A stretch of DNA of 64,000 nucleotides. Source: Botryllus schlosseri. Lineage: Eukaryota. A program made the translations under genes and the position numbers. The notes beneath the pieces were generated by a model. It saw nothing but the letters and a program-made list of their open reading frames with translations. It did not search any database and was not told the DNA's origin. The stretch is taken from positions 34,784,001 to 34,848,000 of the forward strand of contig CM119371.1 in the NCBI GenBank assembly GCA_051294905.1, written 5' to 3'. Positions 63,111-64,000 of this stretch are shown here, piece after piece. Positions within the stretch are counted from its first letter, which is position 1, and every line of letters begins with the position of its first letter.

Positions 63111-63567
63111 TCCTTCGTGAACTTAAAAATTATATTCTCCGACTAGAACCAAATGACGATAGTAAGCGGATAAAATAATCTTGCCTTTCTAAACTGATAT
63201 CTGAATGGGGAAGAGCGCAAATCACGCCGATTTTCAATAAATATTAAATATCATGCTTTTGTAAATGTGAAAAATTACATTTTAAGGCTTCCGTTATTTT
63301 TACTATCCTTTGAGGCCCGGGTCATTTTGTACACCAGTAAACTATTAGATGTCTCGTTAGTTGTGTAGATTGGCGTGGGTGTTCCGCGGGTTCTTAGAGA
63401 TTAAGTAGGCTACCGCCGATTGAAAGCAATTGTTCATTGCTGTAATGGAAATAATTTTTGTTTCTTCATCAATGCCAATACAGCACTTTATTTTGGATAC
63501 ATAGATGAGTTGAGTTGGGCTATTAGCTGAAATCCTTATATCTTGGTCGATATTGCAATATCTAGAA

Positions 63568-64000
63568 CAGTGATTCTCAACAGGGGTCCGCAAAGCATTT
63601 TCAGCGGTTCCGCGAAACCACTAAATTAAAAAATAGTTGATAACCTCGTTTTTTTTAAGTAGGAAAATCACGAGGCATAGTTTCGCTTCATTACTAGTAG
63701 AGCTCACATATAGACATACTGGCCGTCTAAGATGAAATATCCTACTGTGCAGACTAATTTTAGTTAATAAATTGCCAATAGCCTACTGATACAAATATTT
63801 TGCTGTATAGAGCTGGTTTGTTGGGGATTGTGTGAAAATAAAAGGTTGGATCAGTCAATCACGGTGACTTCGAAATGTTTATAAAAATCCATTTTCTCCT
63901 TTGATATACATAACCATTTTTCCATAAAACCTTCAAGATAAGCTGCTGGATAGAAATGACCCGGCTTGACGTTACGTGTTCGATAAAAAAATTAGTTTGT
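63568..64000 (+). mobile_element. Family A MITE, truncated by the window end
   Basis: Starts cagtgattctcaacaggggtccgc and continues collinearly with 2825-3662. Confidence 0.88.

Overview
AT-rich eukaryotic (animal) genomic DNA. An invertebrate, possibly a tunicate, is my inference from intron style, gene families and transposon content, not something the sequence proves. Most of the window is a dense, often nested mosaic of non-autonomous hAT-type DNA transposons (MITEs). It also holds decayed Merlin/IS1595, PIF/Harbinger, ISL2EU, pogo, hAT and LINE remnants and tRNA-derived SINEs. Host genes I can reconstruct by hand: (1) a two-exon NXPE-family PC-esterase gene (17754-22065, +); (2) a minisatellite-like array of 16 intact plus about 3 decayed C2H2 zinc fingers with a non-canonical AGVKNHE linker (30690-32333, -); (3) a five-exon, 329-aa type I membrane protein with signal peptide, divergent CUB-like ectodomain and tyrosine-motif tail (36110-47274, +), only partly visible in the ORF track; (4) a multi-pass membrane ORF broken by one in-frame stop, lying inside an apparent tandem duplication (61894-62514, +). 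There are three tRNA genes, including a Thr(CGT)-Ser(AGA) pair only 3 nt apart. I found no CRISPR array, rRNA or prokaryotic system, and nothing here proves a new biological system. The strongest leads are the zinc-finger array, the CUB-like receptor and the tandem tRNA pair. All coordinates and alignments were read by eye.
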